Source: an uncultured Nitrospiraceae bacterium (GTDB taxonomy: Bacteria; Nitrospirota; Thermodesulfovibrionia; Thermodesulfovibrionales; SM23-35). From it: a stretch of 64,000 nucleotides of DNA. Where the stretch lies: contig CAVSHB010000001.1 in NCBI GenBank assembly GCA_963727775.1, forward strand, positions 1,510,199-1,574,198, read 5' to 3'. Made by a program: the position numbers and the translations under genes. The notes beneath the pieces were generated by a model. That model saw only the letters and a list, made by a program, of their open reading frames with translations, did no database searches and was not told the DNA's origin. Positions 43,359-54,048 of the stretch are shown here, one piece after another (within the stretch, counting starts at the first letter, position 1; every line of letters begins with the position of its first letter).

Positions 43359-43930
43359 TTTTTTATTTCGCCGCGAGTTTTCCGAAACAGCGTCCAATCG
43401 ACAAGGCTAACCAAAAGTTCTTTTATTAATTCTAATGTTTTTGGGTCTGTAACCTTCCCGTCTTTATCGATCTTCTCATTAGCAAAAGGTACCATGACCT
43501 CGGGACGGTTCACTGGATACATGTTCAAAAAAACAAAACATTGACGTAGATGGTATTGTGCTCTTGCCGTACCTATCATGCCTATTGAAGCTCCCATAAC
43601 GGCAACCGGCTTGCCCTCCAGAACATTGTCACCATATGGCCTTGAGGCCCAGTCAATCGCATTCTTGAGTACCCCGGGAATAGAGTAGTTATACTCGGGA
43701 GTGGAAATTAAAATAGCGTCCGCCGTTTTGATCTTAGCCTTAAAGTCCTTAACTTTTCCCGCTGGTTCTTTTTCCAAATCCTGATTAAAAGGCGGGATGC
43801 CTTCAAGATCAAATATGCTTAGTTCAGCATCACCCGGAACTAAACTCGATGCAGCCCGTAATATTGCCTTATTGTAAGAATCCTTCCTTAAACTGCCTGC
43901 GAACCCAAGAATTGATATTTTTGTGTTCAT
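43355..43930 (-). CDS. NADPH-dependent FMN reductase
   Basis: GSLRKDSYN, TPEYNYSIPGVLKNAIDW. Confidence 0.92.
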   Translation of the reverse strand: MNTKISILGFAGSLRKDSYNKAILRAASSLVPGDAELSIFDLEGIPPFNQDLEKEPAGKVKDFKAKIKTADAILISTPEYNYSIPGVLKNAIDWASRPYGDNVLEGKPVAVMGASIGMIGTARAQYHLRQCFVFLNMYPVNRPEVMVPFANEKIDKDGKVTDPKTLELIKELLVSLVDWTLFRKTRGEIKK

Positions 43931-43941
43931 AGCCCCTCCAT

Positions 43942-44694
43942 TTATGTAATCAGTGAGACATCAATCAGAAGCAGTTCGGCATCGCTATCAGCAGATATAT
44001 GTGTATCCATTGCTCCCACAACTTGGGCCGCTCCGAGGACAGGGATTCTGTTACCATTTGTTTCCACTGGACCTCCTTCCAGCACATATAGATATGCTCC
44101 GCGACCTTTTTCCAATGAATGCTCGACACTATGCCCTTTTCGGAGAAAGCATGAATACACCCGCGCATCAGAATGGATAAGGAGCGCATCCTCATGCTCA
44201 TTCGAAACAAGCGGGAGGAGCTTGTTTGTCCTATCTTTTTTCTCAACTGCCTTTTGTTCTACAGAAGGTACCAGATCTATTTCCGATGGAATGAACCACA
44301 TTTGAATGAATCGCATCGGAATGTCTGATCTGTTGTTTATTTCCGAATGGTACATGCCCCGTCCTACAGTAGTATGCTGCACCCATCCTTTTTTAAGGAC
44401 ACCGCCTTTCCCCCGCTGGTCTTCATGACGGAATTCCCCTTCTGCACAATAGGTGACAACCTCTATTTCACTGTGGGGATGAAGCGGCCATACAGCGCCG
44501 GGAGAGAGGGTATCGTCATTGAAGACCCGCAGTGTCCCAAGTTGCATGTGTTCGGCGTCGTAGTTGTCGCCAAAAGAGAAATGCCAGCGGCCGTGAAAGG
44601 TGCCATTCACTATTTCTCCATGGATCTGATAAATACTTTCCGGCTCACGTATGATTATCTGGGGCTTTACTATGGCCTTTTTGTGATTCGACAT
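43942..44694 (-). CDS. Pirin-family protein
   Basis: HFSF, LRVFNDD, HPH, HED, HSE, QMW. Confidence 0.9.
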   Translation of the reverse strand: MSNHKKAIVKPQIIIREPESIYQIHGEIVNGTFHGRWHFSFGDNYDAEHMQLGTLRVFNDDTLSPGAVWPLHPHSEIEVVTYCAEGEFRHEDQRGKGGVLKKGWVQHTTVGRGMYHSEINNRSDIPMRFIQMWFIPSEIDLVPSVEQKAVEKKDRTNKLLPLVSNEHEDALLIHSDARVYSCFLRKGHSVEHSLEKGRGAYLYVLEGGPVETNGNRIPVLGAAQVVGAMDTHISADSDAELLLIDVSLIT

Positions 44695-44818
44695 GTTTAA
44701 TGCTCCTTGTCTAACGCTGATATGTCAAATGTCCTCCACACTTCCAATGTAACACACTCAAAGAAACTGTCAAGTTAAGGACGATTCTTTGTTCCTTTCT
44801 TTTTTATAGATTATCAAC

Positions 44819-46711
44819 TTACTGTTTAGAACGGGACGGCACACTTAATTCAGGAGTTATAGTCACCTTGATCTTATCCTCAAGAATTTTCAATCTATCA
44901 GTCACATTCTGATATCTATAAAGGCGAAGTCCGTAGTCATCCATATAAGATTCCATCTTAAAGACTTGCGCAACCCCTAAGTGCCATGACCAGTCGGGCG
45001 ATCCATGGGCTGTACCTTTATAGCCTTGAGGCACATAACGGAACCAACTCTCAACAAATCTTCTCTCAATATCTGTGCCGCCATAATTTACCTTTGCAAA
45101 CCATCGCCATAGTCCTGCTGGATAATCAAGCGTCCACTTCACCCCAAGAAAATCCTGTATCGTGTCTATGCCTCTAACACCTGCCTTGTATCCCGGAAGA
45201 AGCCCCTTGTCATAAAGAGACTGGACTTGCTTACGCTGATCAATAAGCCTTTTATTCATAGCAACCATGTAATTGTCCAAGACGTCCAGGAATGTTGAAG
45301 CAAAACGGTCTGAATGGCAATCGCCACAGAGATTAACCCAGAGATCGCGGCGTTCCTGAAAATCCATTGTAGTAGCTCCTGCTGCTTTAGCCTTAGGAAG
45401 AACTATCCGCATATCCAAAGGTTCTTCTTTAGGCATAAAATTTCCTGTTGGATCGTGATATGCTGTTCCCATTCGCCATATCGCCTTTGAAACCATGTTA
45501 TGGCTGACATATGTTTCACCATCTTTTTTATACCTCATGTGACAGTACTGACATGTAGGAGCAACATAGTCAGAACCTGGAATAGCCTCTTTCAAAAGAA
45601 CTTTCGTATTTGGATGGTAGGTCTCCGTGATATGGCCATGTTTACTGTCCTTGAATGTCTCTGCATCCGGATGATCATATCCCATGTGGCATGCTTCACA
45701 TGCTTTGGGAGCCCGCGCATCTGATGCTTTAAACGTATGTCGTGTATGGCATGAATCACATCCACGGACTTCAGTGTTATGACATAAATCGCAACCGACC
45801 TGGAGATTGTGATTCACGCTCGCATACCAGGGAGGTGCAATGTTTGAAATCCAATTAGCCCCATGGCTGGGTCTTCCTGTAGGATACGGTGGTGTCGTTA
45901 CTGTCATCTCGCTTAACATTTCTACATATTGTTTCGCATGGCACACAGCACAGGTCCGGACTGTGGGAAGGATAACACCGGTCTCGGTTGTCTTTGTCTC
46001 AAGGGCACCCGGTTTCATGTGACAATCAATACACAGCACTGTATACGTAGTTTTTGTAGGATCGAAAAGAGGACTCTTAATACCTGTGAGCTCTTTGGGA
46101 TGGATACCCATGCCCTTGATTACCACCTCAGAGTAATTCCGGGCAATTTCCTTTATCCCTGGTACCTTCTGTTGGAACCATTTAGGGATTTCTGCCTCTT
46201 TAAAAAATTCCTCGATTTTGCCGTCGGCAAGAAAAATGGAAGCCTTTAACTTTTTCTCAAAGCGATCCATGGGGATATCATAGTGACTTCCTTCTGACCA
46301 CATCATCCAGAGACCCGGAGTAGCTTTCATCCCGACACGAGCGTTGTGGCATTGGACACACATATGCCGCTTTAGGCCCAGGTATGGATATTTAAAGGGA
46401 TGGTTGATTATTTTGTCATTATAGAAATCCTCCGGGTCAATGTATCCCTGGTGAGGAATTGGGGGAAAGTACCATGAATCAGGAAGGAAGACAGGAGAAG
46501 TATATTTATGTTCAGGAAACGGAAGATAGTCCTTAATGTAGTCACGGGGCTTTCCTGGTGGCTGACCCGCCAAAACAGACTGAGATAGATCGACTATTTC
46601 CTTCGTTTCTGTTGAGTAATTCTGATGCTCAGCGATCAACTGATTTGTCGCTCCAATCAGAACAAGAACCATAAAAAGAGCAACAAATAAAAAATATATT
46701 CCTCTCCTCAT
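44819..46711 (-). CDS. Octaheme cytochrome c, hydroxylamine oxidoreductase (HAO) family
   Basis: Signal peptide; 8 CxxCH; CHTRH.F, CHMGYDH, AHGSPDW. Confidence 0.85.
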   Translation of the reverse strand: MRRGIYFLFVALFMVLVLIGATNQLIAEHQNYSTETKEIVDLSQSVLAGQPPGKPRDYIKDYLPFPEHKYTSPVFLPDSWYFPPIPHQGYIDPEDFYNDKIINHPFKYPYLGLKRHMCVQCHNARVGMKATPGLWMMWSEGSHYDIPMDRFEKKLKASIFLADGKIEEFFKEAEIPKWFQQKVPGIKEIARNYSEVVIKGMGIHPKELTGIKSPLFDPTKTTYTVLCIDCHMKPGALETKTTETGVILPTVRTCAVCHAKQYVEMLSEMTVTTPPYPTGRPSHGANWISNIAPPWYASVNHNLQVGCDLCHNTEVRGCDSCHTRHTFKASDARAPKACEACHMGYDHPDAETFKDSKHGHITETYHPNTKVLLKEAIPGSDYVAPTCQYCHMRYKKDGETYVSHNMVSKAIWRMGTAYHDPTGNFMPKEEPLDMRIVLPKAKAAGATTMDFQERRDLWVNLCGDCHSDRFASTFLDVLDNYMVAMNKRLIDQRKQVQSLYDKGLLPGYKAGVRGIDTIQDFLGVKWTLDYPAGLWRWFAKVNYGGTDIERRFVESWFRYVPQGYKGTAHGSPDWSWHLGVAQVFKMESYMDDYGLRLYRYQNVTDRLKILEDKIKVTITPELSVPSRSKQ

Positions 46712-46770
46712 CTTCCCCCTCCTTTTCTTATTGCCGGGGCCATGTCTATAAGCTGAAAATCTCCAAAAGT

Positions 46771-48234
46771 CTACTTTGTGGGGTTAAAAGAAGCCTGCTT
46801 AGTAACCATATCAACTATCGGCAATGCAGGCACTTTCGTGAGACCGTAAATCTCTTTCAGGTTTATGCTTTCGGATACGGCGCCAAGAAGTGCTTCAGCC
46901 ACTCCCTGGTCGGCCTGGCGATATCGAAGCTTCGCTTCAATCATGATAGTGTTGATACCTTGCGGGGCGCTTATTCCGTAGTAAACGTCCTTATAACCCC
47001 TCGGAGGGATGGTGTCATGCCTGGAGAACGAGGTCACAACCCATGGGTCGATAGCAAAATAAAATTCCTTGCCCATTCCGTCGGAATTTAAGATTCGCGT
47101 ATTCTCAACGAGGTGACCCTGCGCATCGATACTGCCGCTGGTCATAAGGACGTTACCTTTGTCATCCTTTGCCGTGATTTCCAGCCACATCTGTCGAACA
47201 TTGGTAAGAGACGTAGGAAGGTTATGACCTGCACGGACATCTTTGACTCGCACTCTTATTTCCGCAAGTCTTCCGTTGCGATAGATGGGAGAGAGGTCCA
47301 TATCTGCCGCCGCCTGTAACCTTTTTACCGCCATTTCGTATTCTTCATTCAGGATGGCTGCTTTCTTGTCGTCACCGGCTTTCTTTGCAGCGCCTGAGGC
47401 CAGATAAGAGAGGAGATAGTTGGCGCCATTAAAGTTGTGATGGTATTCCGCACGCTGGGGTTTGCGGAAATCATCGGAGGCGCGCAAAAAAGTGGCGAAG
47501 TCGACCATGTGACAATCCTGACAAAGGATTTCCTTCTGGGCATAAGCGCCGTGCTTCCATTCAAGATAGGTGGATTCCAGCGGGAAGTGATCTTCATAAT
47601 GGTAGACTTGGTGGCAACTAGCACAAAGGTCGGCCTGTAAATGCAACGACGATTCGACACAATCATGGAAACCCCTTCCGCAGTTGTTGGAAGTTTTGAA
47701 GGGACCGCGTTTGATAAGCTTAGCACCATCGGCAGAATCTATCCCGGGGGTGAGGATAAAAGAGCCATTTTCGGGCTCATGAGATGGAGTCTGCCAATGG
47801 GTTGTGCCACTAATAGAGTGACAGATATCGCAGGACACCCCTGCCAATGCCATAGGACTTAAATCTGCGATACCGGGTCTCTTGATCTCGCCGGTTATCA
47901 TCCCCGCCGCTGAATGGCATCCTTCACATTGCCGGGCGATCTCATGTCCCACTGCTTTGTATGCTCTGCTCAACTCTCCCTGATACACAGGTTCCTGGAG
48001 AGCTAAAGAATGTACCGACCCTGTCCATTCCTCGTACTGCTTGCGATGGCAACCGCCACAAACATGCGGTGAGGTAAAATTGGCGTTGGACTTGTTCCAC
48101 TTGATCAGGGAGGGATAATAAGGATAAAATTCACGATCTACATTAAAGACCTTGGACCCTGCAAAAACAGAACCCCCAAACCCTCCCAACACTAATACAA
48201 TAATAACCCACGCCATTTTGATGCTCGGTTTCAT
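46771..48234 (-). CDS. Multiheme cytochrome c (c554-like), 5 CxxCH
   Basis: Signal peptide; CGGCH, CEGCH, CDICH, CASCH, CQDCH; AGHNLPT. Confidence 0.85.
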   Translation of the reverse strand: MKPSIKMAWVIIVLVLGGFGGSVFAGSKVFNVDREFYPYYPSLIKWNKSNANFTSPHVCGGCHRKQYEEWTGSVHSLALQEPVYQGELSRAYKAVGHEIARQCEGCHSAAGMITGEIKRPGIADLSPMALAGVSCDICHSISGTTHWQTPSHEPENGSFILTPGIDSADGAKLIKRGPFKTSNNCGRGFHDCVESSLHLQADLCASCHQVYHYEDHFPLESTYLEWKHGAYAQKEILCQDCHMVDFATFLRASDDFRKPQRAEYHHNFNGANYLLSYLASGAAKKAGDDKKAAILNEEYEMAVKRLQAAADMDLSPIYRNGRLAEIRVRVKDVRAGHNLPTSLTNVRQMWLEITAKDDKGNVLMTSGSIDAQGHLVENTRILNSDGMGKEFYFAIDPWVVTSFSRHDTIPPRGYKDVYYGISAPQGINTIMIEAKLRYRQADQGVAEALLGAVSESINLKEIYGLTKVPALPIVDMVTKQASFNPTK

Positions 48235-48662
48235 AAAACCCCCTTTGTCATCGAAATGTTGATAATGTTTCTTCTGACATCGATTCTTGCACTTTTCTGT
48301 TAATCTGGTAGTTCTAAGACCATAGTATCAAATTCACTGGAGGTATTTAGACCTTATCCTTATTTTGTGGCAGCTCCACCATATCTTTCTTCATAGAACT
48401 TGTTTATCTTCTCAAGCTGTTCTTTGCTCATACCTTTTATATACCATTCATGTCTGATATCTGACCCAATATATTTTTTTACAAGTTCATTATAAAGGTC
48501 GGGTCCCGCAACATTTCTCACCTCGGGAAGAAACTCACTATAAAAATTTTTAGCAACTTCATAGATTCCAAGCCACCATGCATAATCAGGACCCGACATC
48601 GAGGCGCCATGTCTTGCCCGCCTTCCTTCGTGATGCCATAATTCAAAATAAATCCAATCTAG

Positions 48663-50365
48663 GAGTCTGTCGGACTTTCAACATTTCTGAAAAGTTTACT
48701 TCTTGAAGGACACGGCAGTCTCTTAAGAACCTTTATTGCAAACTGGGCAGCAGAAATCTTTTCGGCCTGTAATTATCTAAGTCCGACAGACCTGCATGGG
48801 CGTTCCTTATGGCATAATAGACAAGCGGCATAAGAATGAACAACAGGAGATCAGCATAATGTTCAAACAATGTGACAGAGAGACGATATATTTATTTCCG
48901 CCGTCGGTGCAGGAATGGTTGCCCGAGGGTCACTTGGCGAGATTTGTCGTAGAGATAGTGGATCAGCTTAATCTTGACCGGTTGAAAAATGATTATGCAG
49001 GACGAGGCAGTGAGGCATACAGCCCTGAGATGCTGGTGGCATTATTATTTTACGGATATGCGACGGGAGTCTTTTCGAGCAGGCAATTAGAGCGTAGCAC
49101 GTACGACTCTGTAGCATTCCGGTATGTGGCAGCCAACAGTCACCCTGACCATGACACAATAGCAACCTTTCGACGTCGGTTTTTGCCTAAGCTGAAAGAA
49201 CTGTTTGTGCAGATACTAATGATAGCAGCAGAAACCGGGGTATTGAAGTTAGGCACGGTCAGCTTGGATGGGACCAAAATGAAAGCCAATGCCTCAAAGC
49301 ACAAGGCGTTGAGCTACGGGCATGCATGCAAAATAGAGAATAAGTTGAAAGTGGAAGTGGCGGAACTGATGAAGAAAGCTGAGGCTGCTGACAAAGCTGA
49401 CATTCCTGACGGCATGAACATCCCGGAAGAGCTGGAGCGGCGAGAGAAGCGGCTGAAAATGATAGCTGAAGCAAAAGCTGAGATAGAGCGCCGTGCGGCA
49501 GAGCGGCATGCAATGGAACAAGCCGACAGTGAAAAGAAACAGGCAGAGCGTGTAGCCAAACAAAAGCAGAGCGGCAAGAAACCCCGAGGCAAAGGACCCA
49601 AGCCGCCTGCAGCCGGGCCAACTGACAAAGATCAGGTCAATCTGACCGATGAAGAATCTCGCATAATGCCGGCATCGGGTGGAGGATTCAAGCAGGCTTA
49701 TAATGCTCAAGCAGCCGTGGATACAGAAACAATGCTTATTGTCGCAACGCATGTAACACAACAATCCAATGACAAACAGCAGATGAAACCAGCGCTTGAA
49801 GCGCTTACATATCTGCCCGAACAACTTGGCAAAGTAAAAACTATAATAGCCGACAGCGGGTATTACAGCGAAGCAAATGTGCAAGAATGTGAGAGCAAAG
49901 GAATAGAGCCATATATAGCAGTAGATCGGCAGAGTCATAATCAGCCTTTATGGGAGCGATTCGTCGAACCGCCTCCATTGCCGGTTGATGCTGATGCAGT
50001 GACAAGAATGAAACATCGGTTGAAGACAGTTGCCGGTAAGGCAATTTATGCGATACGCAAGAGTACTGTGGAGCCGGCGTTTGGGGTAATCAAGGCAGCT
50101 ATGGGATTTGACCGATTCCTGTTGCGTGGTTTTACTGCAGTCAATGGCGAGTGGGATATGATCTGCATTGCATGGAACATCAAAAGGCTGCATGCATTGA
50201 GGAACAGCCAGGTAGGCGCCTGAAAATGGCGATGGCATAATGTATCCAACAAAACACCGGCAGGAAAGAACCGATGACAGACGATCAAATCATGAAAAAT
50301 AACTACAATCGACTCTCTCGGATTCCAACCGCTGTCAAAAACAGCAATTCAAGTCCGACAGACTC
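48663..50365 (+). mobile_element. IS1182-family element
   Basis: Perfect 15-bp IR GAGTCTGTCGGACTT / AAGTCCGACAGACTC; CTAG duplication at 48659-48662 and 50366-50369. Confidence 0.93.
48859..50223 (+). CDS. IS1182 transposase
   Basis: LPEGHLARF, PDHDTI..FR, LDGTKMKANAS, ADSGY, RKSTVEPAFG. Confidence 0.93.
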   Translation: MFKQCDRETIYLFPPSVQEWLPEGHLARFVVEIVDQLNLDRLKNDYAGRGSEAYSPEMLVALLFYGYATGVFSSRQLERSTYDSVAFRYVAANSHPDHDTIATFRRRFLPKLKELFVQILMIAAETGVLKLGTVSLDGTKMKANASKHKALSYGHACKIENKLKVEVAELMKKAEAADKADIPDGMNIPEELERREKRLKMIAEAKAEIERRAAERHAMEQADSEKKQAERVAKQKQSGKKPRGKGPKPPAAGPTDKDQVNLTDEESRIMPASGGGFKQAYNAQAAVDTETMLIVATHVTQQSNDKQQMKPALEALTYLPEQLGKVKTIIADSGYYSEANVQECESKGIEPYIAVDRQSHNQPLWERFVEPPPLPVDADAVTRMKHRLKTVAGKAIYAIRKSTVEPAFGVIKAAMGFDRFLLRGFTAVNGEWDMICIAWNIKRLHALRNSQVGA

Positions 50366-51564
50366 CTAGTTTGTCATCGAAGTCCGCTTTTGTCAATTTG
50401 CCTTTTTCCATCAGTTCATTTCTTATTAGCATTGCAGGTTTAGCAAACTTTTCATTGTAAAAATTGATAAGATTATCAAATTGATTGTAGTGTCCTTCTA
50501 TGAAAGGTTTTGAATGACAATTCCTGCAGACATTCTTCATGGCTTCACGTTTATTATCGGCATCGGCGAGTTTCTTCGATATGGGTGGTCTCAATGTCCA
50601 GCTTATTCTTGCCCCTACGTCATGGGTAGCTTTCTGGGAAGGGGTAGCCCCCATATGACATGTTACGCAGGTTGGAGCCGCAGAATAATCTTTTCCAACA
50701 ACCCATTCATCTTTGTCCATTTGTAATCTTTTTTTATTTGATACATAGAGAATACCATGCTTTGATTCTTCATAGACTTCTATTTGTGGATGGTCTGGCC
50801 CAAGGTGACATTTTCCGCAAGTTTGAGGCTCGCGTGCCTGAGCCTTTGAAAAATTATGTCTTGCATGGCATGCTGAGCATGAACCTTTTGAACCATCAGG
50901 ATTAATCCTGCCCATACCTGTATTTGGCCAGCTGTTTGTATCAAGTTTTCCGTTAGCTAACACTTTTACCTTTGCCCCATGGCATTGCAGACATCCTACG
51001 GTTACCGCTTCATGTCCTCCAATAACCTCGCCAAGATAATTGTCCAGCGAATTGAGAATATCCGCCGCTTTAGCATGATGGCTTGTGGTCATTTCTTTAA
51101 CTTCTTTGGGGTGACATTTTGAACAGTCATTTGGGGTTACGAGAATTGCTATTGTGAACCCGTTATGTTCAATTGCATCGGCGTCAGTCTTTTCCGCTTT
51201 ATGACATGAATAACAATCGATACCCTTTTGTGCATGTTTACTGATTCTCCATTCCCGCACAAAAGCCGGGGACAATGCTTCGTGACAACCGATGCATGCT
51301 TGCCCTTGACTTGACACTTTGACATTCTCATTGGCTTCCTCTCCTGATGAGGTACAAATAAATATATTCATAGTAAAGAACATTACTGCAGCTGTTATCA
51401 AAAAATGTCTTTTCATAAAACCTCCTTTTAGCTGCATATTTTTAACTAAACTGAAAATAAGCAATGCTATATTTCTGTGATGAACATGCTGCAATAACTG
51501 ACAGAGATAATATTAATAGCAGTTTCATTTTATATTTGACTCTAAATATCATGCTGATATAATT

Positions 51565-51659
51565 TGGAGAGGGATAGTGGGAATCGAACCCACGAATAAT
51601 CCTGTGAGGACATTTCGCTGGTTTTGCAGACCAGGCGGGGCCCAGCCCCGTTATCCCTC
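51565..51659 (-). tRNA. tRNA with Sec-type fold, GCA (Cys) anticodon and U73 (selC*-like), copy 1
   Basis: GAGGGAUA/UAUCCCUC 8-bp acceptor + UCCA; D arm CGGGGC-UGG-GCCCCG; CUGGU-CUGCAAA-ACCAG; long variable arm; GUGGG-UUCGAUU-CCCAC. Confidence 0.9.
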
Positions 51660-51842
51660 GTGTTTATTGTTATATAGAGCTGATGAATAAGTAAAATAGA
51701 TTTTATATATACTTATATAACCTGGCATAGATTTATTGAAATGTCTATATTTCCGCATCGGATCTAAAAATTATTCCTGCGACTATGAAAAGTGGAGTTA
51801 AAAGCAGATTTCTGAGGTTCTCACTATTTAGATAAATTCTTT

Positions 51843-52637
51843 TTATTTAAGATAGCTTTGTATAATCTCTTCAGCCTTTTTCAGAGCAAACTCATCTAAG
51901 AATCGTTTGATGGTATTCTCATCGAAAGAAACACTATCATCCATTTCCCTGTAATTCTTACTTAAAACACAGGCAAGCTGCTGCTCTCCTTCATCCCATT
52001 CCGAACCGATGATTGACTTAATCTCCATGCCTGATTTTATGGAGCGAAGGGGGAGTAAAAGCTCTATGTTAAACCTGTTCGTAAAACTCTGATAGGCATC
52101 CAGAGCCACTCCTATCTGATTGATCTTAATTCTTCCGTCGTGTGATTCCCTCTCTCCTCCTATGACTATATTGATTTGTAATTTTTCGGCCAAAGGGATA
52201 CGAATAGCGTGCAGATAGAGATGACAGCCGATGCAATGGGAGGAAAAACCATATTTATGAAACAAATGTGTGGCATATCTTCCGCAAAGGGTCCACCAGA
52301 ATTTCGGAGAACCCAATATAACAGGATCGAAAACTTTAATCCTCTTTTTCTTTAATAAGGTTTTCATGGATTTTATTTTAAGGAGGGGAATATTCCAGTT
52401 ACCATATTCTGTCCCAGTATATGCCAGGGTAGGAATGATAGCCTGAATCGCTCGTATATCACATGCCCGGATAACCGCTGCTATGCTGTCCCGCCCTGCT
52501 ATTTCTGCTATGGCAACATGCTGTGTTTCCCTGATTTGTTTCACAGTCGCTTCCGGCAGCATCCATTCAGGGAATTCAGAGATAAGATCAGGTTTACCGG
52601 CTAATAGTGATAGGAGTCTTGCGCTTAGGTCTTTCAT
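51843..52637 (-). CDS. Uncharacterised PP-loop-like (adenine nucleotide alpha-hydrolase) protein
   Basis: EIAGRDS (variant of SGGxDS), HCIGCH, GGERESHDG, PL, LACV. Confidence 0.6.
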   Translation of the reverse strand: MKDLSARLLSLLAGKPDLISEFPEWMLPEATVKQIRETQHVAIAEIAGRDSIAAVIRACDIRAIQAIIPTLAYTGTEYGNWNIPLLKIKSMKTLLKKKRIKVFDPVILGSPKFWWTLCGRYATHLFHKYGFSSHCIGCHLYLHAIRIPLAEKLQINIVIGGERESHDGRIKINQIGVALDAYQSFTNRFNIELLLPLRSIKSGMEIKSIIGSEWDEGEQQLACVLSKNYREMDDSVSFDENTIKRFLDEFALKKAEEIIQSYLK

Positions 52638-53932
52638 ACGATCAATGGTTTATAATTCCCGGGATAGTAAGGCTGATCAACCGTGGTATCCATAAGTCCC
52701 TGCATCTTCGCCATGTCAAGAAAATTAAGGATCATATGCATCAATTCCTTTCCTCTCATCATACTGAGGGCCCCTTTTGCACAGGCTATTTCATTAAAAT
52801 AGCCGACTTCGTCTCTTCTTACATATTTACCAACCAAGGTGAGAGGCACAGTCTCTCCGGTGTGTATCATCGTGCCGGAACTTGCTGTTGAATGGTCTGC
52901 CGTAATAACAAGCAGAACTTCTCTGTCTTTTATAATCTCATTCACGGCAACGGACATCGCCCTGTCAATCGCCTCAATCACATCTTTCTTATACCATGGA
53001 TTCTTGGTGTGTCCCGCCTCGTCGGGCATCTTTGTATGGACATGGATGAAGTCATAATCACCCGCATCTTTAGCGATATATAGGCGTTGTTTCAGGTCCT
53101 TTTCAATATTTCCCGTATCGCTGACCTTCCTTACGTCCATCCCGAGTTCATCACAGAGGCCGTGGTAAATGGCTCCGGAGGAGATTGAAAGTCCCCTCAA
53201 ACCCCATCTGTCCCTGAAAGACATCAGCGGTCTTTTCTTGCCGGCCCTTTGCGTCACAACTGCGTTTACAGCCGGTAGATTTCGGGATATGCGCTCGCTG
53301 TTAATCCTATGGCCGGCGAGTCTTTGATAACCCCAAATAAGGTATTTGTTTAAAATCTCAGCGGTCTTCCCGGAGATGAAAGATACTTCTTTATGCTGAA
53401 TGGGAACGATCTCCATGAGCGGCTTGCCTTCGTAGATCGGATCCGAATCGGTTATTTTGTCGCTCACGTCTCCGCTCAGGACAAGAAACCCATCGAGGCC
53501 TTTTGATGGTATCAAGCGAATATTGATTCCATCTGTTTCGAAGGACTCTATCGATGACATCAGTTCCCTGGCTTCATCAGATGAAATATCCGGCCGGCCC
53601 CATTTCAGAACAAGATTATTATTCCTTTGCTCAACACAGCACAGATGGCATAAGACGGCTACATCATTATCATCAAAGGACAGACCCTTTCCCTTTGCTT
53701 CGATGTAGCCCCTTCCCGGGAATTCGTCTATTTCATACCCAAAGATGATGAAGTGGGCCGTCTCGCTCGACATGGGAACACCCTGCATCAACGTGTGATA
53801 CAAACCGTTCATGCCTGTCGATGCAAGGCAATCCAGATGAGGTGTATAGGCGGCATAGAGAGGCGTCTTGCCATCGAAGCAATCCTGCCCCCTATCTCCA
53901 AGACCATCCAAAATCACTAAGATACATCGCAT
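52634..53932 (-). CDS. Cofactor-independent phosphoglycerate-mutase-like protein (ApgM type, alkaline phosphatase superfamily)
   Basis: LDGLGD, KTPL..A.TP, SSE.AH, GRG..EA, PDEAGH, TADHST. Confidence 0.82.
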   Translation of the reverse strand: MRCILVILDGLGDRGQDCFDGKTPLYAAYTPHLDCLASTGMNGLYHTLMQGVPMSSETAHFIIFGYEIDEFPGRGYIEAKGKGLSFDDNDVAVLCHLCCVEQRNNNLVLKWGRPDISSDEARELMSSIESFETDGINIRLIPSKGLDGFLVLSGDVSDKITDSDPIYEGKPLMEIVPIQHKEVSFISGKTAEILNKYLIWGYQRLAGHRINSERISRNLPAVNAVVTQRAGKKRPLMSFRDRWGLRGLSISSGAIYHGLCDELGMDVRKVSDTGNIEKDLKQRLYIAKDAGDYDFIHVHTKMPDEAGHTKNPWYKKDVIEAIDRAMSVAVNEIIKDREVLLVITADHSTASSGTMIHTGETVPLTLVGKYVRRDEVGYFNEIACAKGALSMMRGKELMHMILNFLDMAKMQGLMDTTVDQPYYPGNYKPLIV

Positions 53933-54013
53933 GTCTATTTATAGCACAGCAAACACTGATTATCCTAATCAATGTTGCCTATAGATCAATCTTTTGCGAT
54001 TGATTTTCTCTAT

Positions 54014-54042
54014 TTGACAACAGTAAAGGCGGGTAATAATAT
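54014..54042 (+). promoter_or_regulatory. Candidate sigma70 promoter for the PHP gene
   Basis: TTGACA-N17-TAATAT ending 6 nt before ATG 54049; no SD. Confidence 0.5.
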
Positions 54043-54048
54043 AAAATT

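Larger units (their letters stand above)
48360..51416 (-). pseudogene. Octaheme HAO-family cytochrome interrupted by IS1182
   Basis: ATG 51416 with AAAGGAGG; 8 CxxCH; removing the IS restores DDKL-DWIYFELWHHEGRRARHGASMSGPDY. Confidence 0.9.

Noticed and set aside
49259..50288. Several antisense ORFs within the IS1182 transposase
   Set aside because: Shadow frames without recognisable features; the same applies to most short antisense ORFs in the track
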